A DNA stretch of 64,000 bases from an uncultured Verrucomicrobiota bacterium (GCA_964629545.1 CAZVRY010000008.1:37-64036); one strand, 5' to 3'. Shown: positions 42,701 to 52,247, numbered from the stretch's first letter. Program-made: numbers and translations. Notes: generated by a model from the sequence alone, not told the origin.

Positions 42701-45458
42701 TCTCGCGATCGGAGGCGTCGAACTGAATGGGTCCGCCGGAGCTGTCCTCGCCGATCCAAAGCCGGGACGCCGACACGCCGTAAGGGGCGTCGTTGACCGG
42801 CCGGACGGTTACGACGAGCGTGCCCGTGCCCGCGAGGTTCTCGCGATCGTCATGCACGGCGAAGTCGAACCGGTCTTCTCCGATGAAGTTGGCGGCGGGG
42901 CAGTAGTACCAACCATAGCCTGCCGTCCCGCGCATTCGGTCGACCCTGCCATGCATCGTGTCGAAGGCACTCCAACCGTCCCCGTACCGGAAACTCAGGG
43001 GATCTCCGTCCTGGGCGTCGACCCCGGTGACGGGAAGAGACAGGCACTCGTCTTCCGCAGTGGAGAGTTGCAGCATCACGTGACCAGGGGCATCTGGAAC
43101 CGAGGTGACCTCGATCCGAATGATGGCTTCTTCGCTCGTTCTGGAGCCATCCGTGACTTTGAAGCGGATTTCATCTGGGCCGTGGTAGTTTGGGTTTGGC
43201 ACGTAGGAGAGGTCCCCGGAGCGAAGGCCGCACGGATCGGAGAGCGGTTGGTCGCCCTGCAGCAGTTGGCCCTGCTGTGGGAGCGTGGTGACGCAATAGG
43301 TCAGGGGTTGCCGGTCGGGGTTGTTGGCCTGGAGGTTGAAATCCACTCGGGCATCCTCCGCCACGGTCAGGGAATCCGGTTCGGCGGCCAACGGATCGGG
43401 AACAGCCCGAATATGGAAGGTAACCGAGACCTCGACCCGCGCACCCTGCGCGCAACCTCTGGACCTGAACACGTGGGTGACGTCCCCATTCGCGTCGTTT
43501 GGCGGGTGAAACACGTAGGTGGGCCCACTCCCCGTGAACACGTCAGGAGAGTCCGGGACAAGCGGTTGGTCACCAGGGAGCGTGACATCCAGGCGAAACG
43601 AGCGTGCCGTGTCCTCCTCCATGTCCACCTCTGAGAGGAGAGCGATCGGCGCCGGCGGATCGCACTTGCCGGCCGCACCCGCGTGGAAGATCGATGCGAT
43701 TTGATCGGGGGAAAGCGCCAGCCCGTAGACGGCCAGTTCGTCGATCAGACCTCCGAATCCTCCCAGGAGTAGTTCGCGCCGCCAGGCGTCACCGGGATTC
43801 AGGACGCCACCCAAGACAATTGGGGTTAGGATGTTGCTCGCCAACGCCCAATCTATCGGATGGAGGATCGTTCCTGGCGCCGGACGGCTGGGAACTTCGA
43901 CGCCGTCGATGAAGATGCGTTGCGCTTGGTCCGCCTCGTCGAAAGTCGCCGCCACATGGATCCATCGATCCGGCACCAGGACCGGATCGGTCCAGACGAC
44001 ATGCGACTCAGAGTCGCTGTCATAAAGATGGTGGCCCCTCACTTCAAAACGCAGCTTGAGATTGGGCTGAACGCCCGCGATTTCCGTCCCCAAGTAGACG
44101 ATCCGGGCGCTATTGTTGCCTTGGCTCAAGACACAACCGCTGGCCCGCAGCGGTTTGATCCAGCCTTCCACGGTCACGGCGGTCGGCCGGGCGTCTTCCG
44201 GATCGAGTTCCAGTCGAGGAACCACGGCCGCTTGCACCGGTGTGGCAAAGGGATCGAACCGGAATGCCTTCCCGACCTTGCCAGCATCGTCGAACGAAAG
44301 CCCATTGCGCAGTTCGGCCGTGCTGCCAGGCACTCGGCTCCGCCCGTCCCCTTCCGCGGACCACCAAGCCAACAATCCGCACGGGCTCGGGGCGCACCCC
44401 GGCGCGGCGGGCTCGGCCACGTGCAGTTGGTAGCTCCGTTGCGAACGGCCGCCTCCGGAGGCACCCACCACTTCGACCGTGAATTCGTAATCGCCCCATT
44501 CCGTGGGCAAGCCGGAGAGGTAGGTGTCATGGGGACTGGTGCCTGAGAGAGAGAGTCCGCTGGGCAAAGTGCCGCGGATCTTGCGGACGGTGAGGAACGG
44601 TTGCCACCCCTCGCCGATCACGACCAGAGGCTGGGCATAGGGCGAGAAAGCCGTGCCATCCTGCAGACGGTCCGGTGCGGCGATGACCGGCACAGGAGGA
44701 TAGGGCAATCCGATGCGGTCGAGAGCCGTGCCTAGGCCCACTCGGATGAACACGGTGTTCCAGAAACGAGGGCGGGCCGAGGAGGGCATGGCCAGAAGAC
44801 CGAGATCGAAGCCATCGGGGAAGTCGGGAAATTCAATCGGCACGAACGCGGTCATGCCTCGGCTGAGGTTCTTCCAGGCGAATGCGGTTGCGCCGTTGCC
44901 TCCGTTGGCGGGCAGGTTCACGGTCAGCTTGGCCTCGATCCAATCACCCGGTTGCGCCGGCAATCCGCCTTGATCGCCGTACGCATAGCCGCCGAAGCCC
45001 GCCCTGCCGATCAAGGGCTGAGTGCCTTGGAAGCCGAATTCGCAACCGTATTCCGAATGCGGTGCAGTCTCGTCGAGGCCAGTCCCCACCCCCACCATGA
45101 GGGCGCCCTGGCCCAACCGGCCTCGGAAATCGAACACCACCTCCGTTTCGGAGCCGGCCAGGGCGAAACTGAAGCGGGCGTCGTTGGCCCGGGAGTAGAT
45201 GGAGTCCCGGGGCCCGCCCTCCAGGCCGCGCGAGGAGTTCCAGCCGAGGCCGGTGACGACCGAGGCGCCCCAACCGCCGAAGCGGGCCTGCCAGTTGTCC
45301 TGATCGAACAACTCTCCGGTCCCAAGGCGCGAGTTTTGGAATTCGTAGGTGGTTTGGGCAGCGTGCAGGCGGACGGCGAGGGCTCCGGCCAAGAGCCCGC
45401 CTAGGAGGATGGCCTGGGGGACGGAGGCCCAGGGCTGGGGAGTTTCTTGCTTGAACAT
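36777..45458 (-). CDS. Giant secreted multi-domain repeat protein (2893 aa)
   Basis: The signal-like N-terminus is MFKQETPQPWASVPQAILLGGLLAGALAVRLHAAQ. A LamG-like segment (GGLIDELAVYGLALSPDQIASIF) is present. Cadherin/Ig-like modules are separated by VNDAP / HDNPV / RRDDPP junctions, and there is a CARDB/DUF11-like module. Five ~190-aa tandem repeats follow. The C-terminal tail is ..EPQRFFRLRPTP. Confidence 0.85.
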   Translation of the reverse strand: MFKQETPQPWASVPQAILLGGLLAGALAVRLHAAQTTYEFQNSRLGTGELFDQDNWQARFGGWGASVVTGLGWNSSRGLEGGPRDSIYSRANDARFSFALAGSETEVVFDFRGRLGQGALMVGVGTGLDETAPHSEYGCEFGFQGTQPLIGRAGFGGYAYGDQGGLPAQPGDWIEAKLTVNLPANGGNGATAFAWKNLSRGMTAFVPIEFPDFPDGFDLGLLAMPSSARPRFWNTVFIRVGLGTALDRIGLPYPPVPVIAAPDRLQDGTAFSPYAQPLVVIGEGWQPFLTVRKIRGTLPSGLSLSGTSPHDTYLSGLPTEWGDYEFTVEVVGASGGGRSQRSYQLHVAEPAAPGCAPSPCGLLAWWSAEGDGRSRVPGSTAELRNGLSFDDAGKVGKAFRFDPFATPVQAAVVPRLELDPEDARPTAVTVEGWIKPLRASGCVLSQGNNSARIVYLGTEIAGVQPNLKLRFEVRGHHLYDSDSESHVVWTDPVLVPDRWIHVAATFDEADQAQRIFIDGVEVPSRPAPGTILHPIDWALASNILTPIVLGGVLNPGDAWRRELLLGGFGGLIDELAVYGLALSPDQIASIFHAGAAGKCDPPAPIALLSEVDMEEDTARSFRLDVTLPGDQPLVPDSPDVFTGSGPTYVFHPPNDANGDVTHVFRSRGCAQGARVEVSVTFHIRAVPDPLAAEPDSLTVAEDARVDFNLQANNPDRQPLTYCVTTLPQQGQLLQGDQPLSDPCGLRSGDLSYVPNPNYHGPDEIRFKVTDGSRTSEEAIIRIEVTSVPDAPGHVMLQLSTAEDECLSLPVTGVDAQDGDPLSFRYGDGWSAFDTMHGRVDRMRGTAGYGWYYCPAANFIGEDRFDFAVHDDRENLAGTGTLVVTVRPVNDAPYGVSASRLWIGEDSSGGPIQFDASDRERDPISFILKSAPVHGHFEPAVVVGSPLPNPVVYKPEANFHGFDHFTFVAFDRQDESEPVSTTIEVYSIHDNPVVRPFEVTVAEDSAANPLGIFSGNHAANGPDANGPLEFTQSRFTTQKGTAEVVSVNGLRDIVYTPNRDAFGSDSLFYSVRDVDGGRASGSVTIHIDRRDDPPVLPDFPLFTRAQGTIIPIDLPARDVDEESLSYQVTSAPRAGNTASVEGNRLVYVPAPDFLGDDQFTYSASDGHTTLSGTIRVHLVPIVDRVWLTEDVSRTADGLLNPTVRITGFGYSDLERANLGWDYQLGDDDSGRNSSEGAMTHWAWKDGTAWRVQDLDAGFRWPGGLLSQDVERLIPGIWPQFLLMAVWQFSGPEDYSHEWTWRVGMSGPTSFANPEPLEWAGDHTGSQGVREYLPGRLGEWLTWRFQHAGDRRTEWLTVNGASLFEKDTQDDFAGVGFDTDRRGPHVLHLLARQGEADHTLFYRQGQPGSGPGRALAVVQRWGSEYLQYPNRVDLTVGVGDQLHAVVRGSTVPGSPMAWGPGHLHYLTCMDGATWTETSLDASESIQVAAIAVDPSGRPAVAYIRDRSQIRFAMLLNGQWHNDLVRPIDWRPGENLELAFDPQGMPAIGFYDRCARAVRVARPLGDPNMPVDLAISTTPASLDVTADETAQTVITVVNTAPRVATQVSVTVTLPEYLTFVSSTPPPTSIAGQTLHYEVGALASCQATIRVNVQATQPGSFDVAAAAGSAERDSTPSNNETHCHIESGEGPRPEFAPGVSPPGGVAGLDYSFQLTATSLNGACSFGVSEGALPAGLLLSRDGFLRGRPVLADTNGVSTHTFSVRATDPAGRTATALVTLRVQGFTGLAYTWTGAADSNWSNPANWSPRGVPGAHDTATLANGTTVTLPGDIRLLELSLQNATLIGSATFSGNLLWTGGAMIDANLTLAAGSVLRLAGGADRVMIRTVLRNQGTVEWEGGTLTLNSSSIENAGRWDVRGDVALVQQNDCSFANSGLYLRNAGSGTHTVALTSFISTGQIEARAGTLAFPVGNVVSRGANNHVSAALEAQVNFAGDNRFEATVFDGPGPKVLNAGSFSWAGTMRLENVTFAGGVLTGTAVIEGSLPWTGGELIDLDLTILAGHTLHLAGGADRRLVRSILRNRGAVAWDGGTLTLNSSTVENANLWEVRGDLALVQQNDCAFLNTGRYLRSAGTGSHTIALTTFSNSTTVECRTGGLSFPVGNVLSRGESNRFLVDDGARLDFAGNNRFEATAFEGSGPKVFNAGSFAWINTRTLENVTFAGGVLTGTVTLGGPLRWTGGELIDLDLTVPPGLELHLAGGADRRLVRTALRNHGAIIWEGGTLTFNSSHVENYGLWDVQGDLHLAQQNDCSFVNLGHYVRSRGPGTHTIALTAFHTGTQVVVLTGTLAFPAGNVLSRLEGNRFVIAEGARVDFAGNNYFEGTSFEGPGLKVLSAGSFSWLGTMSLENVTFAGGVLTGQAVLDGPLHWTGGEFIDLDLTVPVGETLRLAGGADRRLVRTALHNQGAVEWHGGTLTLNSSTIENLGLWEVQADVALVQQNDCAFLNTGRYLRSGGSGSHTIALTTFNNSTAVENRTGNLLFPSGNVVSRGETNRFTMATDTRLDFAGNNFFEATHFEGPGLTVFNSGSFRWVGTMGLRNATLAGGVLTGNATLNGPLRWTGGELIDLDLTVPAGQTLQLAGDADRRLVRTALHNQGTVEWQGGTLTLNSSTVENRGLWEVQADVALVQQNDCAFLNNGRYLRSGGSGTHTVALSQFAQNGTLDLQQGIAALQAGYSLAPTAVLRFGFGGLAPGAGYAQLQFSGAVSLAGKLEVELRNGFVPAKGNVFTPIIFGSSIGTLSGVGDPAGMPGSLFKALYEPAQLRLLAEWATPLSLGALGIAGGAFEFAITGTPGQSFAVETSTNLTAWGVLTNLTLQAPVESFFQPGAGSEPQRFFRLRPTP
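37330..40010 (-). repeat. Coding tandem repeat, about 4.7 copies of roughly 570 nt (190-191 aa)
   Basis: Recurring blocks are LENVTFAGGVLTG...WTGGELIDLDLT...LAGGADRRLVR...GGTLTLNSS..EN..LWEV..D(V/L)ALVQQNDC(A/S)F...FAGNN(R/Y/F)FE. The antisense track ORFs also recur at 573-nt spacing (37393/37966 and 39103/39676). Confidence 0.8.
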
Positions 45459-45544
45459 GTCATGGCAGCGGGCGCCGACCCGGCATGGGCCAGCGCCTTC
45501 TACTTCTGCATTAGGAAACTCCGGCGGACTATTACACGAAATCG

Positions 45545-47731
45545 ATGCGGCGAGGATCCCGCGACTGTGAACCTGTCACCGCAGTCTGGCCTGGGGCGAA
45601 CCTGGCACCCGATCAGGTCGTGGCCCAACTCGAGCATCCCAACATTGTGCCGCTTCATGCGCTCGGCCTCGACGAACAGGGGCGACCTTTCTACACCATG
45701 AAACTGGTCCGGGGCGTGACCCTGCGTGAGGTGCTCGAGGCCTTGCTCATCTCCCAACCGGAAACCGTCCGCCAATATCCGCTGGCCAGCCTGCTGACCG
45801 TCTTCCAGAAAGTGTGCGACGCCGTGGCCTTTGCCCATTCGCGCCGGGTTATTCATCGCGATCTCAAGCCCGCCAACATCATGCTGGGCGAATACGGCGA
45901 GGTCTTGGTGATGGACTGGGGCCTGGCCAAGGTTCTGGCCAATGACCGCGATCCAGTGAAGGTGGGGCGTCCGGTGGATGGGGACGGGACGGCGGCCGGC
46001 AGCGACCCGGCGCAGACCCTGGAAGGGCACGTGCTGGGCACACCCAACTACATGTCCCCCGAGCAGGCGTCCGGCCAGAATGAACACCTGGACGAACGGT
46101 CGGATATTTTCGCCCTGGGCGCCGTCCTCTACCATCTGCTCGTCCTGCGGCCACCTTTCATGGGAAAGACGGCGGGCGAGGTTCTGGCCAGGATTCTCGA
46201 GGGTGAAGTTACCCCGCCGGACCAGGTCAGAACCGGGGAACCGCGAGCGAGCGACCGTTCTGCGGCAGGCTGGCCGCATTGTCCGGGAGGCCTGGTTCCT
46301 CCCGCCTTGTCGGCCGTGGTCATGAAGGCGTTGGCGACACGTCCCGAGGATCGGTATCCGACCGTGCGCGCGCTGCAACAGGACATTTCGGCCTACCAAC
46401 ACGGATTCGCCACCACGGCGGAACGGGCCACCCCCTGGAAATTGCTGCGTCTGGCGGCCAAACGCCGGAAGGCGGAGTTGAGCGTGGCGGCGGCTGCCCT
46501 GCTTGTGCTGGCCGTGGTCATCGCAGCATTCGTCTTCAAGGTGACCTGGACGCTGGCGGAATTGCGCAAGGTCGCGCCGTCGTTCATGGCCGAGGCGGGA
46601 GTGCTGGCGGGCGAGCGCCGCTTCGCCGCGGCCTTGGAAAAAGTCGATTGTGCCTTGCGCCTGTTGCCGAACGAGGCGGCCTATCACGTCGTGCGGGGGC
46701 ATCTCTGCCAGGCCCGGTGGTTGTGGACGGAGGCCGCCGACGCTTACCTGCGCGCCCAGGCGCTGGGCGATCGAAGTCCGGAGACGGCCCGCGCGCTTTA
46801 CCTGACGCAGAAGATCCGGACCGAGATTGAACGGGATCGTCAGCCGGCGGCGGCGACCCTGCGCGAGCTTCGGCAAAGCCTGCTCGAACAGGAGCGTTAC
46901 GCGGAGGCCTACGCGCTAAGCGAACGCATCGGACACGAGGATGCCACTGAGCTCGAACAGTGGCGGGCTCAGTTGGCGCAGGCTCAACTGCGCGGTGTCC
47001 TCGAATACGACCGGACGCATCCGGAGGGTCTGCTCAGTCTCACCCTGACCGAAGGGCCGACGCCGGATATCTCGGCCTTGCGCGGGTTACCCCTGACCCG
47101 GTTGGTGCTGGGGCATGAGGATACCGTGCCCCATGTGGCCTGCCTGGTGCGGGACCTGAGTCCGCTGCGTGGGATGCCCTTGCGCGCCTTGAGGATCTAC
47201 GGCTCGCCGGTGGCGGATCTGACGCCGCTGCGCGGCCTCCCGCTGGAGGAGTTGCACCTCAAGGACATGAAGGAAGTGACTGACCTCGGTCCGCTGCGGG
47301 GCATGCGCCTGAAGGGGCTGGTTCTATCCGTTCTTCCCCGCCTGCGGGATCTCGGTCCCTTGCGGGGCATGCCCTTGGAGGTGCTGGCCCTGAATGGCAG
47401 TCCGTTGGTGACGGATCTGTCTCCTGTGCGCGGGGCGCCTTTCATTTACGTGTCGTTGATTGACTCGGGGGTGAGCGACCTGTCGCCCTTGGCGAACTCT
47501 CCGTTGGGCAACTTGATCCTCATGGGCTGCCAGAACGTCGCGGACCTATCGCCGCTGACCAACCTCGTGCGGCTCGATCATCTGGTGATTCCGAGGCAAT
47601 GCGAGAACCTCGAGCCCCTGCGCGGGCTGCCGATGCTCAAACGACTGGGGTACGATCTCCCAGGATTTGCCCTTTCGAATATCACGTCGGCGGAGCAGTT
47701 CTGGCGCGAGTGGGACGCCCGGGAGAAGTGA
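45545..47731 (+). CDS. Ser/Thr-kinase-like protein lacking the N-lobe, with TM, TPR-like and leucine-rich-repeat regions (pseudokinase or 5'-truncated gene)
   Basis: 728 aa. Homology begins at ..AQLEHPNIVPLHALG. HRDLKPANIML, VMDWGLAK and YMSPEQ are present, but there is no Gly-loop and no VAIK lysine. An in-frame TAG lies at 45512-45514. A TM segment (AAAALLVLAVVIAAFVF) is followed by LRRs (LSPLRGMPLRALRIYGSPVADLTPLRGLPLEELHL...). Confidence 0.65.
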   Translation: MRRGSRDCEPVTAVWPGANLAPDQVVAQLEHPNIVPLHALGLDEQGRPFYTMKLVRGVTLREVLEALLISQPETVRQYPLASLLTVFQKVCDAVAFAHSRRVIHRDLKPANIMLGEYGEVLVMDWGLAKVLANDRDPVKVGRPVDGDGTAAGSDPAQTLEGHVLGTPNYMSPEQASGQNEHLDERSDIFALGAVLYHLLVLRPPFMGKTAGEVLARILEGEVTPPDQVRTGEPRASDRSAAGWPHCPGGLVPPALSAVVMKALATRPEDRYPTVRALQQDISAYQHGFATTAERATPWKLLRLAAKRRKAELSVAAAALLVLAVVIAAFVFKVTWTLAELRKVAPSFMAEAGVLAGERRFAAALEKVDCALRLLPNEAAYHVVRGHLCQARWLWTEAADAYLRAQALGDRSPETARALYLTQKIRTEIERDRQPAAATLRELRQSLLEQERYAEAYALSERIGHEDATELEQWRAQLAQAQLRGVLEYDRTHPEGLLSLTLTEGPTPDISALRGLPLTRLVLGHEDTVPHVACLVRDLSPLRGMPLRALRIYGSPVADLTPLRGLPLEELHLKDMKEVTDLGPLRGMRLKGLVLSVLPRLRDLGPLRGMPLEVLALNGSPLVTDLSPVRGAPFIYVSLIDSGVSDLSPLANSPLGNLILMGCQNVADLSPLTNLVRLDHLVIPRQCENLEPLRGLPMLKRLGYDLPGFALSNITSAEQFWREWDAREK

Positions 47732-47774
47732 ATGCTTTCTTAACCATTAACCAGGCCTGCCCGAACCTCCATCC

Positions 47775-48146
47775 ATGAAGACACCCTCTCTGCTCCCTTT
47801 CGCCGCTTGGCTCGGCTTTTTCCTTGGCCTCGCGGCCCCTTCCACTCGGGCCCAGAGCCCGCCCACCATCACCCGACAGCCCACCAACCTGTCGCTGAGC
47901 ATCGGTGCGACCGCCCGGTTTGTCGTGGCCGCGTCCGGGCTGTCGCCGCTCTCGTATCAATGGTCGATCCAAGGCTCGGCGCTGCCGGACAAGACCAACG
48001 CCGTCCTGGCCTTGACCAACTACTTGGCCGTGGGCGCCGCCCCAATAAGTGCCTCGGCTTCGCGCAGGAACCCGAGTGACTCCTCGTCCGGGCTTCCGTC
48101 CAGCGCAACGCGGACTTCCTTGAGGAGAGCCAACGCTTCCGCGTGA
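47775..48146 (+). pseudogene. Truncated secreted Ig-like (I-set-type) domain gene fragment
   Basis: A signal peptide MKTPSLLPFAAWLGFFLGLAAPSTRAQS is followed by [54 protein letters not shown]. Domain-like sequence is then lost where the ORF runs into the 3' end of the convergent kinase gene (overlap 48020-48146). Confidence 0.4.
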
Positions 48147-51100
48147 CGTCCCAGCTTCTCGTGGCACATAGCGATGAACGCCAGGTCCAAGGCGCGGCTG
48201 TAGTACTTGCCCTGGTTCTGCCTATCCGTTTCGAGGAGGGTGTGGAGGGCTTCCTCGCAGGCTCCCGCGCGGTAATGCGCGATACCAAGGGTGTTCAGCA
48301 CATGCAGACTCTTGTCTAAACGCACCGCCGCCCGCGCCCAACGAAGAGCCCGCTCGTAGGCCTCTTGGGATTGGCCAGACTTCGAGACGACCTCCCAACT
48401 GTCACGGTTGAGTCGGTCCGGATTGTCCCCCCGGATGCGGACCAGACGCGAAGCGATCTCTTTTTCCGCCGCGCTCAGGCTTGGATCGAGCGCCAGTTGT
48501 TCGATCACATTGGTCATGAGCAAGTGTTCCGCGAATAATCGATCCACCCGCGGTTCGACCTTGCGTCGGAGGAGCACGCTGGCCCGCCTCGATGCACGGT
48601 GCACGGCCGGCAGTTCGGTTTCGTGAACGGAAATAGAATGGCCGGAAACCACCGCCAACCGCAGGCCGTCGGGGCTGAATGTAGGCGATCTTCCCCCGCC
48701 CTCCCGCAGGGTCAGCACGAGCGCTCCTGAGGTCGTGTCGTAGAGCCGAATCGGGCTTTCGAAGCGACCGGCCACGGCCAACCGTGTGCCGTCCGGGCTG
48801 AAAGCAAGGCCGGCGGCCCCGCTGGAAGCGGGGAATTCGATCCTCTGGCTGGTCTGTAGGTCCCAAAGCGCCACCCCAAGTTCAGAGGCGCTCGCCAGGG
48901 CGTGACCGCCAGGATGAAAGGCCAGGGCGTGAGAATGGACTCCCTTGCCAAGTTCCAGAGTCCGCTGGACTTGGCCGGACCTGGCGTCTCGGAGCTGGAT
49001 CCTGCCGTCTTCTCCTCCCGAAGTCGCGAGGAGGGTGCCGTCCGGGCTGAAAGCGAACGCGGGGCGCTCGCCAGCCATGATTTCGAGGCAGTTCGTCCAA
49101 CCAAGGGCCGTCCGATGCCAGAGTTGGATCAGATCTATGGGAGCTCTGGCGGCGCAAGCCAACCGGCGGCCATCAGGGCTGAATTCCAGGCCATACGCTT
49201 TGTAGGGGTCTGTGTTGATTCTCCATCGGGCGAGGACTTTGGAGGCCGGCCAATCCCACAGGACGGCGAAGTTATCGTGCGCCGTTGCCAAGTGGACCCC
49301 GTCCGGGCTCACGGCGATTACCCTGATGCCGCCCTCGCGGGTATCCAGGCCCGCGAAAGGCTCGATCGACTCGGAGTTCCACGCTTTCACATTCCCCTTG
49401 TTGTCACCCGTGATGATGCTCCTTCCGTCTTTCGTGAACTTAACCGCGTAGAAATTGAGCAGGCTATCTCTGCGAATGGTCCAGAGATGGCCCCCGCGGG
49501 TGAGGTCCCACTCCGTCAAGTGAGACGGCTGATCCGAGGCAGTGTAGTCTCGACCGTCTAGCACGAAGGCGCTCAGCCCGTCGGCGGCCATCGCGAGGGA
49601 CTTGACCGAATTCGGCAGCGCATATCTCATCACCGGGGTGTCGATCGAGGCTCCCAGGTCCTTCCCAAGCAAATCCCAAAGTTCGAGGTTCTTTCCAGCG
49701 TCGACGATCATGGCAAGATCGTGAGGGCTGATGGCCCACCGGCTTCCGTCCACGGTGTCGGCGACTTTCTGAAGAGCTTCTCCCGTGATCATGTCCCGAA
49801 TTTCGGTACCGCTTTGGCCAGGGACGAGTCCGAGAATCCGCCCCGACACCGGGTGCACCGTTGGCACCCGGCCCGTGTCATCGCCAAACACGCGATTCGT
49901 CTTGGCCACCAAATCCCACACCATGGTGTCAAGTGGCGATCTGGACACCACGAATCGCCCGTCGGGTGACACGGCAACGAAATCGGTCGAGTATCTTTGC
50001 TTCCCCACGATTTCACTCGCATGAGGCGGGGCAAGGTCAAAGCGTCTGACTAATCCTTCACTGTGGACGAAATCGCTGAATGCCGATCCGACGATGGTCC
50101 GCGACTCACGAGTCGTCTTTGCAATCCCCCCGACGATCGCCTTGCTTGCTGGCGCAAACGCGAGAGATTTGACATGTTCTCCGGCCGGGAGAACAAAGGC
50201 GGCCACCTCTCGCAACGAATCGAACTCCAAGACCCTTACTTTGATCGACTCAGCCATGTATTGCCCGCCGCCCAAGGCCAACCAGGCCCCGTCCGGGCTG
50301 AAGACGATGCTATCAAGTTGATTCGTTTCGCGGATCAGCCGTTTCAATTCGCCAGACTCCCGATGCCGAATCTCCAAACCGTCCCGCACCCCTGCTGCGA
50401 TCCAGTTCGAATCCGGGCTCAGCGCAAAACAAGAAACTCCGTTGGTTCCGCATAGGGTGCGCAGCGACGCGTCCGCTTTGAGACGGAGGTAGCGCCACTC
50501 CCAGTTGCGATGTTCCTGCGGACAGGCTTCGAGCCTTTCTCTGGCGCGGCGGACGTCGCGGGCATTCAGTTCCGCGTCGGCCGCCTGGAGGTTGGCCAGG
50601 TAGTTGGCGAATCTCGTCTGGGTCAGGGCCTCCTCCACCCTTTTGCGCTGGCCTCGTTCCTTGTCCAACGATCGCATCGCCGCTTCCCGCAACCGACCCT
50701 GTTCCCGCTCCGCCTGGCGCGCTCGCACCGCCTGCCACGCACTGATGACAATCCCCAACACCAACACCACCGCCACCATCACGGCCGCCGCCACCATCGC
50801 CCGATTCCGCCTCACGAACTTCTCGACCCGGTAAGCCACACTGGGCGGCCGCGCCACCACCGGCAGGTTGTCCAAGTGCCGACGCACGTCCGCGGCCAGC
50901 CCGTTGGCCGTCTCGTACCGGCGCGTCCGATCCTTCTCCAAGCACTTCATGGCCACCCAGTCCAGATCCCCGCGCAGCATGTGAATCAACTTCGGCGGCT
51001 CGCACTGACGCAAATGCGCCACCGCCGTCAAATCGCCTCCCAACATCGTGCTCAGCCGTGTCGACGGCCTCGCGGGCTCTCGCTCTCGAATCGTCCGCCG

Positions 51101-52024
51101 CATCTCGTCCAACCCGACCGCCATCAATTCCTTGGCGTCAAACGGCGTCCGGCCGGTCAGCAACTCGTAGAGCAACACTCCCAACGCGTAGATGTCGCAC
51201 CGCGTGTCGATGTCCAAACCGCTCATCTCGGCCTGCTCAGGACTCATGTAGGCGGGTGTGCCGATGAACTGTTGGAAGGCGGTGAACAGGGTCTTGTCGG
51301 TCAACCGCTGCTGCGTGGCCTTGGCGATGCCAAAGTCGATCACCTTGGGCACCGGCACCCCGTCGTGGAGCGTCACCATCACGTTGGACGGCTTGATGTC
51401 CCGATGGATGATCCCCTTCTGATGCGCGTGTTGAATGGCCTGGCAGACCTGGATGAACAGTTCCAATCGATCGGGCGTGGCCAGGCGGTTCCGATCGCAG
51501 TAATCGGTGATGCGGATGCCGTTGACCAACTCCATGACGAAGTAGGGCCGGCCGGTGGCGGTGGCGCCGGCGTCCAGGACCTTGGCGATATTGGGGTGAT
51601 CCATCAGGGCCAGGGCCTGGCGCTCGGCCTCGAACCTCGCGATCACCTCGCGAGTGTCCATACCCAGCTTGACAATCTTGAGGGCAACCCGGCGGCGGAC
51701 CGGCTGTTCTTGTTCGGCCATGTAAACCACGCCGCAACCGCCTTCGCCGATCTTCTGGAGGAGTTTGTAATAGCCGATGCCGGCGCCGAGGGATTCCTCT
51801 TTCGGAAGAACCGATTCGAGCGTTCCCGGCCCAACCGTGACGGTGTTGCGGTCGGCGCAATCCGCTTCCGCCTTGGCCGCAGTCCGGAGCAATCCTTCCA
51901 CCTTCGCGCGAAGGGCGGCATCGCCATGGCAGGCCTCGCGCAGATCATTCTCCCGCTGGTCCGGCTCGGAAAGTTCCCGGGCCGCGTGGAAAATCGCGTC
52001 CAGTTTCCGTTCTTGATCGCTCAT
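48020..52024 (-). CDS. Ser/Thr protein kinase with TM segment, WD40 beta-propeller repeats and C-terminal TPR
   Basis: All kinase motifs are present: [41 protein letters not shown]. The TM segment is [22 protein letters not shown]. Many WD40-like repeats follow, with a TPR-like tail. I prefer ATG 52024 ([15 protein letters not shown]..) over the track start 52096. Confidence 0.85.
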   Translation of the reverse strand: MSDQERKLDAIFHAARELSEPDQRENDLREACHGDAALRAKVEGLLRTAAKAEADCADRNTVTVGPGTLESVLPKEESLGAGIGYYKLLQKIGEGGCGVVYMAEQEQPVRRRVALKIVKLGMDTREVIARFEAERQALALMDHPNIAKVLDAGATATGRPYFVMELVNGIRITDYCDRNRLATPDRLELFIQVCQAIQHAHQKGIIHRDIKPSNVMVTLHDGVPVPKVIDFGIAKATQQRLTDKTLFTAFQQFIGTPAYMSPEQAEMSGLDIDTRCDIYALGVLLYELLTGRTPFDAKELMAVGLDEMRRTIREREPARPSTRLSTMLGGDLTAVAHLRQCEPPKLIHMLRGDLDWVAMKCLEKDRTRRYETANGLAADVRRHLDNLPVVARPPSVAYRVEKFVRRNRAMVAAAVMVAVVLVLGIVISAWQAVRARQAEREQGRLREAAMRSLDKERGQRKRVEEALTQTRFANYLANLQAADAELNARDVRRARERLEACPQEHRNWEWRYLRLKADASLRTLCGTNGVSCFALSPDSNWIAAGVRDGLEIRHRESGELKRLIRETNQLDSIVFSPDGAWLALGGGQYMAESIKVRVLEFDSLREVAAFVLPAGEHVKSLAFAPASKAIVGGIAKTTRESRTIVGSAFSDFVHSEGLVRRFDLAPPHASEIVGKQRYSTDFVAVSPDGRFVVSRSPLDTMVWDLVAKTNRVFGDDTGRVPTVHPVSGRILGLVPGQSGTEIRDMITGEALQKVADTVDGSRWAISPHDLAMIVDAGKNLELWDLLGKDLGASIDTPVMRYALPNSVKSLAMAADGLSAFVLDGRDYTASDQPSHLTEWDLTRGGHLWTIRRDSLLNFYAVKFTKDGRSIITGDNKGNVKAWNSESIEPFAGLDTREGGIRVIAVSPDGVHLATAHDNFAVLWDWPASKVLARWRINTDPYKAYGLEFSPDGRRLACAARAPIDLIQLWHRTALGWTNCLEIMAGERPAFAFSPDGTLLATSGGEDGRIQLRDARSGQVQRTLELGKGVHSHALAFHPGGHALASASELGVALWDLQTSQRIEFPASSGAAGLAFSPDGTRLAVAGRFESPIRLYDTTSGALVLTLREGGGRSPTFSPDGLRLAVVSGHSISVHETELPAVHRASRRASVLLRRKVEPRVDRLFAEHLLMTNVIEQLALDPSLSAAEKEIASRLVRIRGDNPDRLNRDSWEVVSKSGQSQEAYERALRWARAAVRLDKSLHVLNTLGIAHYRAGACEEALHTLLETDRQNQGKYYSRALDLAFIAMCHEKLGRHAEALALLKEVRVALDGSPDEESLGFLREAEALIGAAPTAK

Positions 52025-52073
52025 GTGCAAGATGCGGGTTTTCCAGTTCCACCCACGACGCGCCTTCTCCGGT

Positions 52074-52247
52074 TCACATTCGGAGGTAGACCTCATGCGC
52101 CAGCGCCGTCGACGGCAACGCGGGTCCGGCTCGTTCTCCGGGCCTTTTGTGGGCTGCCGGCCGTCGCACTTCCTTATAGACCCACGGCCACAACGGATGG
52201 GCGGCCTTCGGATCAGCAGGATCCATGGCGCTGAGCCATTGGGTCAT
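52074..52247 (-). pseudogene. N-terminal remnant of an ECF-type sigma-70 factor (about 57 codons)
   Basis: [57 protein letters not shown] resembles the N-terminus of the ECF sigma family that commonly precedes such kinases (..TALVHEAYLRL..). It terminates before regions 2.4 to 4 would appear. Confidence 0.45.

Noticed and set aside
45545-52024. The two Ser/Thr kinase genes considered as candidates for the missing BREX type 2 kinase PglW
   Set aside because: They lie more than 30 kb from the PglZ cassette and are separated from it by unrelated operons. They have receptor-type TM plus LRR/WD40/TPR architectures typical of PVC-group signalling kinases. One is preceded by an ECF sigma remnant. 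There is no adjacent methyltransferase.
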